NCBI RefSeq assembly: GCF_001194135.2 | Contig: NC_068981.1 | Location: forward strand, 13,131,583 to 13,176,064 | From: Octopus bimaculoides | Lineage: Eukaryota | Length of the DNA: 44,482 nt | Direction of reading: 5' to 3' | Part shown: piece by piece, positions 11,399-25,184 of the stretch | How positions within the stretch are numbered: the first letter of the stretch is position 1 | How the letters are laid out: each line of letters opens with the position of its first letter | Position numbers and translations under genes: made by a program | The notes under the pieces: generated by a model | Seen by the model: only the letters and a program-made list of their open reading frames with translations | The model's database searches: none | What the model was told of the DNA's origin: nothing

Positions 11399-14363
11399 TT
11401 GATGGACACTCACGTCACCGCCGCCGTATGGGCGTGCATCTTTTGCCGAACAACCTGCACAGATGATATGAATATAGTGATCGAATGTCCCTGCTGCACA
11501 TTAGCTCACACTCTCCAACAGATCAACGTTGTCTGGAGAGGTACACTGCGTACCGTGCGTGAGGTGTTGAAGAGACTGCAAAGCAACGCGAGATCAAGTA
11601 TTGTGCTGAAGAGTGTAACAAAGGAAGCATCTGATAAATAAAAGATAAACGGATAGACACACTCACTTATGATAACGACGCTTGCAAGTTTGTGGGTTTC
11701 GCCTAAGTGTATTCCCGTATGCTTTTACTTAAATGAACAAAAGGCGAATTAATCCTTGAGAGTATATTTGTTCATAGGAAGTGTAAGAAAACTGTCATTG
11801 ACTCTGTCATGGCTCGTTGTGTTGATAAATACTATAGAAGAAAGATCATAAAATATAGCCTGATGTCCATTAAGACCAATAAAACTAATGTAGCCGTAAT
11901 CCTGCACTTATTTAACCTATAACCTATTCTGACCTAGGCTGTTCTTGTCGGCTGATATAACACATCGAAAATATCTATGTGCTTGTAATATTCCCTGTAG
12001 AGATATATCAAAATGCGTTATATCAGAAAATCGTTAGTATTTTATACTTAAATCATGTAGAAGTAGTAAATTTAAAAATTAAAATTAAGCTAATTAATCT
12101 ACCGGTAATTTTCCTTTCTACTTTAAATATATTCCTAAAAGTTTGAAATAATACACATAGTTAATTATCAATATTACGATCGTCACTTATTGCTTGAATG
12201 AATACAAATAAATACCTACATTCATTATACTAAATCTTTATATATTTTACATTATAGAAGATATTTTAAGAATTCTTTAGATCAAAATCATATAAGCTCT
12301 AATTTAGAAAACCCTTTTCAAAACATAGAAAGATTTCTTGCCTAAGATAATGATTTCATATTTTGGGCACTCTTTGAAGTCAAAACGTAAAACCGGAAGA
12401 ATGAAATGCTACTAAGCATTTTTTGCCGCAAACCAGAAATTGACACCATGTTCTAAAAAAGTATTTATCCAGAAATGTAAAAATACCCTTCGCTGCATCC
12501 ACCAAATCTAATTCTAACTACACATCTGTGCGTCTAGTCTCTTGTAAAAAGGTATTTCTGCTAATGTATTTTACATGAAGCCATTATACATCAAACTGTA
12601 AGTCAGAATTTAATTAAAGAGAATTTGCAATGATTAAATGGCCCAATGCCATCTCTTTACATTTTATCGTTCAGTGGTTTTGACGAAATTAATTTTGAAC
12701 TTGAGTAGCATTATCACCACAACAAATGTGCTTTGGAAAGCGATTTGCATTCTCTAAAATTTTTAAACTCAGAAGCAAATTTGAACATCTACTTTTTGCT
12801 CTCCTTCAATAAATGTGTTTTATGAAGGGTGACGATCCCGGAAACATGTACTTCATTAGAACAATACTATTTATATTATATCAACGGAAGAGATAAAGTA
12901 TGCCCTGGAAAATTCTTATTGAGGGTAGTTTTGCAATTGTCAAGTTACAGAGACGACACGTATGTCCATGAATTGCTATTTTGTAAAAATATATGTGAAA
13001 GACCTTTAATCAACGTAATACTATTTAACCTATCTGCCAGGAGACAACAATGATATGACCACAGTTAAACATCAAAGCAGGAAAAAAATCACAATAATTA
13101 CGTGCACCAAATAGCATTAAATCCCATCCCTAACCACGCTTCCCCAAATTTTGTAACAGTTATATTTTTATGATATTTTAATGGAGTAATAAATAATACT
13201 ATAATCGAAATATTTATCTTCTAACTGGAGAGAAATTGAAGCTAAGCTGTCACATTTGTTCTGCATCTGAAACCTTAATAGACATGCTTTTTTTTTTTAA
13301 CCAAAAAGAAATGAGACAGAAAAATGCAAAAAGAAAATCGTAAAACAACTGTGGATCCACTGTGGCACTATTTTTATGAAATGAAATGAAACTTGAAGCA
13401 TTTATTTTATTTGAGATTATTTATATTTATTGAAAATGAGAAATAATACATATTGAATTATTTACACTTAAAATCTATAATAACATGATTTTGAAATACT
13501 TATAAAATTTTTAATGTAGGGTAACAGTGGTAGATAGAATCTAGTTTATACAGAAACTCTTCACTAAAAGGATTGATAGGTGCAGAATGTTTATTGGAAT
13601 ATCTCCTCACACACAACAACAAAAGGAAATTAATCTGACTACTGGCTACATTGTAATGTATATCATCATAGAAACAAGATTTTCGTGGAAATAGCATTAG
13701 TCGACAGGAACAACATTAATGCAAGTATAAATCTGAAAGTGATATGAAAGAGAAACAGCTACCCCGACAAAAAAGTAAAATCGAATACAAAGTTGCACAG
13801 CAATACTATCCACAATCCTTAATTACGTTTACCGCCTTCATGGCCATCAGTATTCACGACGCCATAATGATTTATGTATTATTTTGAACACGATTTTCCC
13901 CTTTAACCAAACAGATATTATTGACTTTATTATCATATAGAAATGTGATAAATCATCTTTTTATTGTTTTCTAATTGTTTTATAGCGAAATAATACATTA
14001 AAATTATTTTATGAAATGTCAGGTAGACAGGATCTGAATAATCTTTGAAACTACCATTAAGTGAAAACTCTTGATCATGAGGTTTCGTGAAATATTGAAA
14101 TTTATATATTGCATAATAGAAAATCAGAAACGTTTAATTAATCATCAATTATTAAGAAGTTAGTATATTAACTCAAAAGTATGTTCACTGTTCACAAACT
14201 AAGTTTCAATATTTAAATGTTCTTCTTTGATCAAAGATGCGCATGCATTTCTACTTATATAAATGTCACAGTGAGCAGAATATTTGAAGGAAGAATGTCG
14301 TTGCAGTTCTATATTTACATTATTTACATTTTACGGATATTTGTCCTCATCTTGTTTGTTGTT

Positions 14364-14409
14364 AACACAACGTTTCGGCTGATATACCCTCTAGCCTTCA
14401 TCAGGTGTC
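14364..14409 (-). ncRNA. Minimal type I hammerhead ribozyme motif
   Basis: GACAC-CUGAUGA-A-GGCU[AGAGGGUAUAUC]AGCC-GAAAC-GUU-GUGUU. Stem I is 5 bp, stem II is 4 bp, and stem III is reduced to palindromic ACGU. Confidence 0.7.
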
Positions 14410-14445
14410 TTAAGGAATAAAAACCCAAGTTCGAAATTTCCCCAA

Positions 14446-14491
14446 GACAGCTGATGAAGGCTCGAGGGTATATCAGCCGAAACGTCGTGTT
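14446..14491 (+). ncRNA. Minimal type I hammerhead ribozyme motif (GUC site, one stem I mismatch)
   Basis: GACAG-CUGAUGA-A-GGCU[CGAGGGUAUAUC]AGCC-GAAAC-GUC-GUGUU. Predicted cleavage 3' of C14486. Confidence 0.65.
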
Positions 14492-15329
14492 AACAAACAA
14501 GAAGAGGACAAATATCAGTCCAATGGAAAAAAGAATGTTGTTGATCATGCATTAAATTTCTTATCACCATAATATCAATATCTATCGAACGGAAGCGCCG
14601 ACGATTTGGGCCGTTAGAATTGGCAGCAATGTTGTCGCAGCTAATACTGTTAAAATGCTAAAAGCTCGCAAAGATTTCACAAGACATCGCCGTCGAGCCT
14701 CTAATGTTGGATTGGTAGGACAATGCACCAAAATATTTTCTGTGGTACTGCATCTCTCCCACCGCCTATTGTATGAGTTTTACACTAATGCACAAAAACG
14801 TATATTAAAACATAATCACTATATTTGATTTCATTTCTTTCCAGCAAAATATAGAGTAAATGGGATTTTTCGGCCTAATCGTATTCCATGATACAACTTT
14901 TATTTTAAAGTTAAGTTTCTGGGCGCAAATATTTCAAAACATGCCTCTTAACTTTACGCTCTCGAAACTTACAATCAACCCAATTTTGTGAATTTAACCA
15001 AATTAGAATGAGAATATTTTGAATTGAAGATAAACTATTGTACGATTAAACTTCATAGCGAACAGGGAGAATTCTATGTTACTTAGTTTGAGATGTTTTT
15101 TGAAACCATTAAAAGAATGAGAATTTTGTGGATGGCCTTACAATTAATTTACCTGGACCAAACAAATTGTATATACCATCATAAAGACGAAACACAGATT
15201 TAAATTACAGAAGTCTTTTAGTGTCAATGACGGAAGAAAATTATGTTTAAAGTTCTATAATATAGTTGTGCATCACTGTGTCTTACATCGTTTCCCTCTG
15301 GCGACTCTTTGAGGAAGTGGTTTGCATGG

Positions 15330-15376
<47 letters not shown>

Positions 15377-16279
15377 TGTATGTGAGTTCATGTATGATTT
15401 TGTAGACACAGGTTTCAGTGTCTCAGCTGTTAAGTAGCTTGATAATATGTAAACTGTTACATGCTCAATTTCTTTGATAATGCAATATAAAGGAATTGAT
15501 GTAAATATTTTCTTCAAAGAAATAATTTCATTTCGCGTAAATTTAACCATTTGCATTCATACGACATGCGAAACATACGAAAACAATTTCCTTTAATCGT
15601 GCGACACCTTCTGTTAAGATATATAGATACTGGTATTATGTAGTGTTACACGGGATAAGATACGCGGAATGGCCATGGTTGGTATGTATTCGAGTGTCTG
15701 TTCTTTTAACCGGCATTGAGCTAGACCAAAACAACCAACACCTCGACAATACAAACAACAATTATTAATACGAATAATGTCTGCTGAAGTAGTCTATAAA
15801 AATGATGGTGAAATAATTAATAATGTATGTATGAAAGGAAAAAAATATATTTTAAATAAAGGAATTTTAATGGCTTGTTTTGTTGCTTGTTTAAATATCT
15901 TCATTGTAAAAAGATGTAATAAAGGAATCATAAATTCATAAAACAACATAGATGAAAAGTTGTTAAGATATACAAGTCATATAAATAATGAGGCGTATGA
16001 GAAACAATAAAGGAACAATTTATTGTGGATATATTCAAATTTTAGATATCTTATATATAAATATGTGTGTGTGTATGTGTTTGTATTTTTGTCTTCTTTT
16101 TTTTTTATCAAAGCGCAATGTAAGAATAGTATGTAAATACATTTATTCACCGCTGTTTTAATTGTAAGTAGAAGAGTATAACCCATTTCCGAAACAATGA
16201 ATGATTTTATAGATTCCAATAAAGACTGGCGTTTCCAAATTTACAAACAGACATACATCCGCATACAAACACACACGTA

Positions 16280-16489
<210 letters not shown>

Positions 16490-17063
16490 GTATTATAATC
16501 TTTCATTTCATATGTTTCATGGTAAACATTTGTTGATAGATAACTTGAAGAGTTAGAATAGTTGGAACGCTATATAAGTTTACAGTTTATACATGTTGAG
16601 TTACACAATAAGTTTTTATTAGTAAAACATATTTTTTTCATACGAAATAGTTCTGTCAGTCTCTATTAATGCATTTATACTTCGTAGCATGTTTGTTACA
16701 GAAAAGCAAAAGTGTTTGTAATGGAAGTCAATCGAATAATGCAATTCAGTTTCATATAAATTTAATGTTAGAGATTTGGTCACCAATTCTTAATACTGAG
16801 CAGCACAAAAACATCTGTATTGAATTCAATTTTCATTTACTTGATGTCATCACCAAAACTATTGTCGCAAGTTTGCAAATTGGTCACTATCGCAGTTCCA
16901 TTCCGAATCGCAGAACTACATTTCCTTTCTTTAAAAAAAAAATGTTTTAAAATAATCTTTGGATATCTCGAACAATTTCCAATGTTGCTAAGCTCAAACG
17001 CATTTATTAGATCCTTCTATTTTATGTAGGTATAACTAGCAATTTAGATACGTTTTCTTTCCC

Positions 17064-17125
17064 ATATTTCATTTCTTTTTTTCTATATTGCATTTCTTTT
17101 TTTCTATATTTCATTTCTTTTTTCA
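17064..17125. repeat. 21-bp tandem repeat x3 (ATATTTCATTTCTTTTTTTCT)
   Basis: Direct reading. Confidence 0.85.
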
Positions 17126-18954
17126 CACATAGTTTTAAGGTCAGCTTTCCTTTTCTTCCAACTTGTAACACACCAGATCAGATGCTTTCAGAAATTTCTA
17201 GAAGGCCTAACGATTCCTATTTAAATCTTAATCTAACCTGCTTTCTCTTCCTTTCCCCTGCCATCGATAAGAGAGTCTTACTTCGTTCATCCAATCTCTG
17301 AAAGCCTGATTTTGTATGCATTTGCTCTTCTCTCTGGAACAAAAGCGATGCATATGTCTTGCATTAGTGAAATAAATTCTTTATGGTTACTGCCATAGAC
17401 GTGCGCAAAAGGACTTTCTATCTAATTGTCTTTCACCATTTCCTTTTGAGGTTGAATAATGTTCGGGTGCTACGTATGTGGCACTCCTCTTCGATATGCT
17501 TTGAACCATACATTACACATTCCAAATCTTCTACGGTCTAATAAAGTCCTTACGTTATTAATGCAGCAGAGACACGAAATATTTTGATCCAAGTCGGGTA
17601 TAGTATGAACATTTAAATGAGATGGTGCATAAATTCTGATTAATTGTGTTCACAGTGTGCCATTCCTGAGATTAGCTTGTCTTCCGTATATTTAATATGA
17701 TGTTCTTCGATGTTTTGCTATTGATATGTTAGTAGTTCATTTATCATTTGAAAGTTTTATTCAAATTTAATATAGAGATCTTAGGTGCTAGTTAGGTGAT
17801 ATGATTTACATATTACTTCATGGATCTTCTTTATACGTGTTCTTAGGGGAAAATAAATTGAGTTTTAAGATGACTAGACGCATAAGGAAGTGACATATTT
17901 GCTGATGTACCTGACGACTTTGTGATATATTTTTCTGCCTCTAGGAAATAGATTATGCCAGTAGAATGGCTATCTGTGTATTAGCTACATGCACAAATAG
18001 TCGCGTTTCTGCGGGAACAATGCATAAAGCTTAAGTGCATAAAGATTAACTGCATGTTACTTTTGTGTTGTGTTCTAATGGATCCCTGATATTCTATAAA
18101 AGAATTGCACAATTTTTGTTGATATCAATGACGGTCATCCGGCGTATGATTTGTGGTCGCCTTGTATGCAATGTGGATGGTTTTCCCTCACTTCCACGTG
18201 TAATGGTAGTAGCGGCGGCACTATGTTTTGAGCTACACTAACGAAAATTATATGTGTTGACCAGCGCAGATCTTCAATATTCTAAGAAAGTCCTCACGTT
18301 ATTAATAAATAGTTTTATGTACAGGTGTAGATATTATGCAAATAAACGTTTTCATGATGGTTCCCATGCTTTATTATGTTTAGCGGCTTCTTGTGTGTAT
18401 TTCCTTTGCCTTGTTGGTTAAGTGTAGAGTAACCGCTGACATGAATGCTACTCTAACCAAATCGGATGTTGTCAAGATGATATTTTTGTCTGTTTTATAT
18501 CATTAATTTGCCTTGGACTACATATTGTTACATCTCAAATACTATGGTATGGGCCCATCTCAGCTTGGGTTGAATGATGTCCAGGCATCCTGTTACCTGA
18601 CACAATTCACATACAATTTAGTGATGTTATGGCTTTTGTTATTGCTTTGCTGTTGCTCTTTTTTAGTCGCAGCAATTCTATTTTCCATCTTTACAACATT
18701 TATCTCGCTGGTGTCCTTTGTGTTTCTAATCGTACTTTTTCCAGGCGTTTTTACTTTCGTCTCTGATTCAGTAAATAGTAACTTCACATTGGCCAGTTCT
18801 AGATTTTCCTCCAATGATTTACAAGGCGGCATTAGTGTTGGACAAGATCAATTGATATCCTGGCATAATGCCGAAGCCTAACATTGGGTTCTCTTGGGCA
18901 ATTTCTAGATTGCTGGTTTTCTTGTATATATTTTTCTCAGTTTTGTGCTACCTC

Positions 18955-19930
18955 ACGTTCTCTAATATACTCATTCCACGACAAGTTCGATTACACTCTT
19001 ATTCCAGTTGACTAGTTTAGCGGCAAAACTATTCTTGCACTCGTTTTCAACGTCCGAGCAGAAAATGTGCCCTGGTTCGGAACAGGAAGTATTCTGATGG
19101 GACAAGGTCTGGACTGCAGCCGGAGTGAGACGTCACCTCCATGCCTTTATTTTCCACAAGTTTCGCTATGTCATATTAGCATTGTTTGCTGAGTAATTAT
19201 CACGCCTTAGGATCACGCGTCTTCAATTGACTAGTGCTGGGTAGTTGGCTTTAGACTCATTAAATACTCGTTGCAGTTGTTGAGCATGAAAGGTAGCGTT
19301 CAAAGCATATCCATATGGGACAATCTCAAGACAACATCCACTCGAAATTCCACTAAGCACCCAATATTACTTTCTGTTCAAAGCGCCATTTTTTGACAAC
19401 AAATTTTGAAGCTTTGTCGGAACGAAACCATCTGTTTCTCTTTTTTGGATTACGGATTTCATACCCAGCTACAATTTGTTGCCAACAAACGGGCATTTAG
19501 AGGATTCGTCAGCAGTTGTTTACAAATGGTCGCACTTGGTTGGGCCTGGCCATTGATCAGTTCACGAGAAACTCCTCGATTTCATTTCTTCAAAATGGGG
19601 AATGTATGAATGTGTCGATTCATAATACTTTGGGAAGGGACAAGTGTTGCCAACAATGGACGTGTGCTTGTGCTTGGTTATTGTGCCATCCTTTGAAGCA
19701 ATGTCCCATCTTCCGCACCAGAATGTCCCATTGATCTTGATTTGTCTTGGAGGCTATGTACGCTTCCTTGAAACGTATGAACCAGTCTTTCTTCGTACTG
19801 TACTTGACAGTTCCTTGGCCTTCCACAATATCAATTTCTATTGATGCTGCTCTTGCGCTCAGCCTTTTGTTTTTGTGTTATATAGGGAGCGTAAAACGGC
19901 TCTAATTGCAATTCTCCCTCACTCATTCTC
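18955..19930 (-). mobile_element. Mariner transposase pseudogene, near full coding length
   Basis: IAIRAVLR near the start, KDWFIRFKEA (HTH), SRELINGQ (WVPREL-like), RRVILRRDN, and HSGCSPDLVPSEYFLFRT (HPPYSPDLAPSDYHLFR-like). Many stops and frameshifts. Confidence 0.85.
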
Positions 19931-21065
19931 AAATCTGTAAAATAAAGAGTAAACCATTTCGTCCGCAACGATTGCCAACGTATTGTATAAAATTAATTAT
20001 GTAACATGGAAATGCAAGTTGCTAAAACCATAAGAGAAAATCTGAAAAAATTCTTCTGGCCCTACCTGATATTCACAAGCGCATTAGAACGAATATACCT
20101 TGTTCTTTTTTCTATTTTATTTTCACCAGAGATCTATACAAGTCAAAGCTCTGTAATGTTTTTGCAATCTTTTTGTTGAGTGGAGTATTTCTCAGTCAAT
20201 GTCCTCAATCCCAAAACAAATTACAATAAAACGTTGAATATAATAAAACGCAATAAAAGAATAACATAAAAATAACATAAAAGAATAAGGTAACAAACTG
20301 AAATGCTGGCAGCATGTACGTATGCGTGTGCGTGTCGAATAAAACATTGGGGCTGTATCGATGAAGTTTCATGTTTGCTATTTAAGTCACGTAGATGTAC
20401 TGATATAAAATCTTTGCTATAATTTGTGATTACTTCGTAAATACTAAGTTTATTTCGTTAATAAAAAGAATATACACTAACATTAGAAAGAGAAATCTTT
20501 GTCTCAATTGCTATAAAACTCCAACGCTCCCCAGATGTCGAAATGCTGATTGCTTACATAGAAAACTGTTGTTACACTCACGTATGATTTAGACACATTC
20601 CATAAATTCTTTCCATTCGTTCTACTAATCATGAAACTGTTATATCTTTTCCTTAGTTCTTCTACGAATACTGTACTTGTTCTAATAGCTCGACACCCAA
20701 CGTTCAACGTAACGAAGGATTATACGTAGTGATTAAGATGTTGGCTAAAAGGTAGAAGGAATAGGAGAGAATGAAAGGAAACGAGAGAAGTGAGACGGAA
20801 GTACCCTGACTATCAGTGAAAAGAAACTAGTCAGTTGCGGGGAGAAGATCTTACTGTAGTTACGACTAGCTTGTGTTGGTAATTAACTTTATACTGATCA
20901 AATAATTGGTCTTCATTAGGTGATATCTAAAATGTTTCAGAATTCACCAATCTAGAAACAGCTCTCTCTTGAATCGTGTAGAAATGTATTAGTCATAAGA
21001 GGTTAATAAATTTCAGGATATGGAGTCAGAAGTCAGTGATTACTGTATTGCCTTTGATATCATTT

Positions 21066-21486
21066 TTCTTTCATCTTTTACTTGTTTCAGACTTTAGACT
21101 GCAGCCATACTGGGGCATCCCCTTGAAGAATTTTTACTTGGATGAATCGAGCCCAGCTCCTTTTTGTTAAGCCTGATACTTTTTCTATCAATGCGTTTTG
21201 ACGAACGGCTAAGTTACGGGGAAACGACTCTTCCAACACTGGTTGTAAAACCGTGAGTAGGCCAATCACAGACACAAAAACACGCACGTTCGCACACGCA
21301 CACACACATACACAGATACACACAAACATATACCATAGGCTTCTTTCAATTTCCATCAAGCGAATCTTCTCACGAGGCTTTGGTCGGCCCAAGCCTATAG
21401 TAGATGGTACTGACCCAAGTTGGGATGAACCCGATACTATGTGGTTGGGAAACAAGCTTATTACTTTACGGCTACGCTTAAATGCC
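21066..21486 (-). mobile_element. SINE family 2, full-length diverged copy
   Basis: Reverse complement is colinear with 5406-5830, including the central CA/TG run and the TCTTTTACTTGTTTCAG tail. Confidence 0.85.
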
Positions 21487-21930
21487 TTACCAGACAACCA
21501 CGTAAAAGATGTCTTAGTTTCGCCAGCAAAGATCATCAGTGATTGTGTGTTCTGACACACACTTTAAGAGTGTGTGAGAACTTATTTAGTGAGTTTCCCG
21601 AAGAGATATGCTAATATATTATCTTGTATTTTCTGCGCTTAGATCAATAATTTGGTGAAAGTTGTGAGACACTATCTTAGAATGTCTTTAAAGTTGCTGT
21701 TTATTGAATAAATAGATATTTGTTTATTTGTTTTTGCCTTAGTTACCTATGGATGACAACTATATACCGAAGCTGATGGAATTATTATGGTAGCATCTAT
21801 GCATATGGAAAAAAATATTCAGCAGTGAGACCGAATTCCGTTGATAAATTGTTGATCAAACAGAGCTTTGGCACAACTCGCCAATATAGCATGATTTGAT
21901 GGCAAACCAGCAATCTGAGTACCGAGAAAC

Positions 21931-21985
21931 GGGTTGATCTAACATGGTTGATCTAACAGGGTTGATCTAACGGTTGATCTAACAG
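21931..21985. repeat. GGTTGATCTAAC(A) x4
   Basis: Four identical 12-bp cores with 0-2 nt spacers. Confidence 0.9.
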
Positions 21986-24534
21986 CCGTTCTATTTTATA
22001 AAAGTGTTATATATACATCTCGAGATTAAGAGCTTGCTCTAGAGTAATATAGAAATATCGGTCCCTTGTAGTAGCCGTAGTGGAGTTTATGCAGAAGAGA
22101 GAATGATGAGAGAATGATTGAATTTGTTAAAGATTGCGTTTAAATCGTTATAATGCTGGATGCGAGTGCAATAAAACAATGCGTGGAACTTTTAGAAGTT
22201 CCAAAGTTCCTTGCAGAAAGATTAAATAAAGTGTAAGGCGCCAAATCCGATACACCGTCATATACTTGATTGATTAAAGTCCCTGTTTTCCTGTAAAATT
22301 GGTGATCCTTTCTGGATATCTGTCCTCCAAATTGCATCACATTTGCAAAATACTTCATCAAAGATACAGAGAAAAAAATATGCAGTACTTGAATAACAAT
22401 TTCAAAAACAAAGGTCGCAATGATATTTTATGGTTTATAAGCTTAGCCGAAATCAATAGGAATGTAATTTTTTATTTATTTTTATTTTTATCTTTTGTTA
22501 TTACCAAAACATATAGCGACTTCCTTTCATATCATTTCTCTAATGGCACCTGTTAATGTTTCAATATATGCATTTCATAATGAAAAATGTTGCACACTTT
22601 CCTGCCATATGCTTTTTTTTCATTTTGCTGGAATGTTTAACACATAAAACTTTTCAAGTTTATATATCATACTAGCAATTTGGTTGTTTATAAATTAGGT
22701 GACATTATTTTAAAACCCTTCCGGCGAATGCCCTGTTGTTATGTTTGCTATAATTAATGAGTGTTGTCTTGTAAATTTTAATAATCTTACTTCTCTGCTT
22801 CAGTCTTTTTTTTTTTTGCCTATCCTTATGCGCCAATTATTCTTTTCTAATTTCATGCGCACCTAATTTAATTCTCTTTTTCACGTCACATTCCATTATA
22901 CGTATATATACTTTTTTCTTTCCCCTTCCTATATGTTTTCTTTTACTTGCATCTTGATCGAATTTTTCAACTGCTACATCACTGCAATTACTCGCATCCT
23001 ATGATTAAGATGTATGATTGAGATGCTGGTTGCTTTTATTGCGAATAAATTTCCGGAATTCACTGAACAAAGTAATTCTAATTTCAAGTTATTTTTATAC
23101 CATGAAGCCTACATGGTTTTATATTACCTCTCCACCACAGTAAAAATGTTTTATGTCTATCATCTGAACGATGTTTTCACACTTAGTTAAATTTTATTTA
23201 GCAAAATGTTGTATTGTTTCAGCTTTAACTCTCCAACATATTAATTAGTTGCTGTTTCATTTCAAATAAATACAGGTTTTGTATATTCTGCCTTCCTCCT
23301 ATGAAAGAAAATTTACATTGTTTATGATTTTAACTGTTTAAAAAAGTTGTCAATTAACAAAAACAGCAGTGGACGCAGTTAAAGTTTTTAATCACAAGAA
23401 CGAACATTCGCTGCTTGATCATACTCTATTTTAGTCGAGTGCTAACCCATGGGTACTTGTCTCCTATTGAAATGTTACTAGATGTTCTGTTACATCAGGG
23501 TCTCCTGTCACTTGACAATATTTTTGGAGAGAGAGAAATGATTCATATACTCACTGCCCTACCGTTCATGATACTGTACTTATGTTCTGGTACCTATATC
23601 AAGAAACGTATGCGGTAAACAGGATTTGTATAAGGAAATTTGCGGAAATGAAGAGACCTGGGAATAAGATATACATTAGTTAACGGAAAGTGGAAAGATA
23701 CAGAAAGAAAGCAGGGAGGAATTAACTTTACAAATGTCTACCCTAAACATATAAAGAAAGATTGATTCCCTAAATGTCAAGTTTTTTTTAAAGATAAACA
23801 TAATGATATGCATTAAAATGCGACGATGTAACAGAAAATTAATGAAATACCGTGAGGTCCTTTACAACTAAGCATCATGCTAATCAGTTTTTTAAAGAAA
23901 AGGCAGAGTCTATGAAATATAAAACAAGTGAAAGAAATCACTTAAGAGATATTCACAAGTCATTGAAAGCTCTCTATAGTTATACATCACAAAGAATGGA
24001 TGAAATAGATGCAGAAATGTTAAAGCAAGAAGATGGATGAGTCAGTGAGATTCTTTATAATAATTCTAATATAGTTTTCCATGTATCAAAAATGCCACAT
24101 TAGATGGATAGAATCAATTTTATATTACTGTTAAAGAATAAGGGAAACCTCAAATTTGGAAGAGCAAATTTACAGTTAGCTTCGTTATCGATCTAAACTA
24201 ATGTCATACTGTATAGCTTAATTGCACGAATAAAACCAATAATAATTGTTACTGAAACACAGACAGCCTGGTTCCAATAAAGGAAGTAACACTATTGAGC
24301 AGATATATGAGGTTAACATTGGCGCGAAATATATGTATTCCGTCAGGCTTTTATCACAATTTTATTGATGTAAATTGATTTTGATCGCATGTGACCACAG
24401 GCAGTATGGTTTATTAGGAGAAAATATTACACAAGCCTACCAACTGTAACAGTTATAAAGTCATTATATGAACAAACAAGAAAACTAAATTTTGTTGGAA
24501 TTTCATCATATATGACTATTTGCGCTACAAACCA

Positions 24535-25175
24535 ATGTTTGTTTCATACCAAATCCGTGCCTGTAGGGATTATCTCGAACCGGTAGCGCCCCCTGTAGCT
24601 CTGCGAGGTCAAGGTCATCTGGAAATAATACATGACAGTTCCCGACCCGAATGTCCTCCGGAACAGATTAGCCAGTTCGTTCTCGTTGGAGCCCATAGCC
24701 TCCCCGAGAATGTCGTCGCACTTCCCCACTACTAATCCTTTATTATTTTCTGAAACTAAACATCCACCAATCCCATAGCCCGACTGGTAAAGGGCTGTGA
24801 GCACCTGACGGAATTCTATGAGGCAGGCGCCCAGTTCTGGTCGTTTCTCCACCCAGGACTGCCTGCAGCTCTGTGCAGGAGACGAGCTGCGGAAATAGGA
24901 TGCTCAGAGACGGAGTCCACATACGCTTAGCGTGAAGAAATCGTTGCAGGTGACATAACCTAAGAGCGTCTCTGCACATTAGGAGCCACGGCATACCTAA
25001 TCCCGAACTCAGCGACTGACTGCCTGACTATTGGAACGCGTCAATTGCGCAAGAATTTTAATAAGAGCTGCTTCAACCAAAAACCGGTACGAAGCACGAC
25101 GGTCAGACGATAAATGACAACGGAGTCAATGTAAAGCATTCGCCACCGCTGCCCCACTTTTCAGTGACCGAAACA
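24535..25175 (-). mobile_element. Tx1/L1-clade LINE ORF2 C-terminal fragment (post-RT / zf-RVT region), decayed
   Basis: Across frameshifts: SLK..A.VANAYIDSVVIYRLTVV, GLGMPWLLMCRDALRLCHL, and FQMTLTSQSYRG-ALPVRDNPYRHG. The block is GC-richer than its surroundings. Confidence 0.65.
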
Positions 25176-25184
25176 GAGGTAACT

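Larger units (their letters stand above)
14303..14517. mobile_element. Penelope-like terminal (pLTR) fragments in inverted arrangement
   Basis: 14303-14411 (minus) and 14412-14517 (plus) are both homologous to 34230-34385. About 75-bp arms are separated by a 32-nt spacer. Confidence 0.75.

Noticed and set aside
21931-21985. CRISPR-like array (also 431-496 and 17064-17125)
   Set aside because: No unique spacers, eukaryotic context and no cas genes; these are simple tandem repeats.
23557-23657. Minus-strand exon with a good acceptor (TCTTATTCCCAG) and donor (GTGAGT)
   Set aside because: All three frames contain stops, and nothing else supports a non-coding exon.
23852-24040. 62-aa charged ORF (MRSFTTKHH...)
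   Set aside because: No start or splice context and no recognisable family; compatible with chance.
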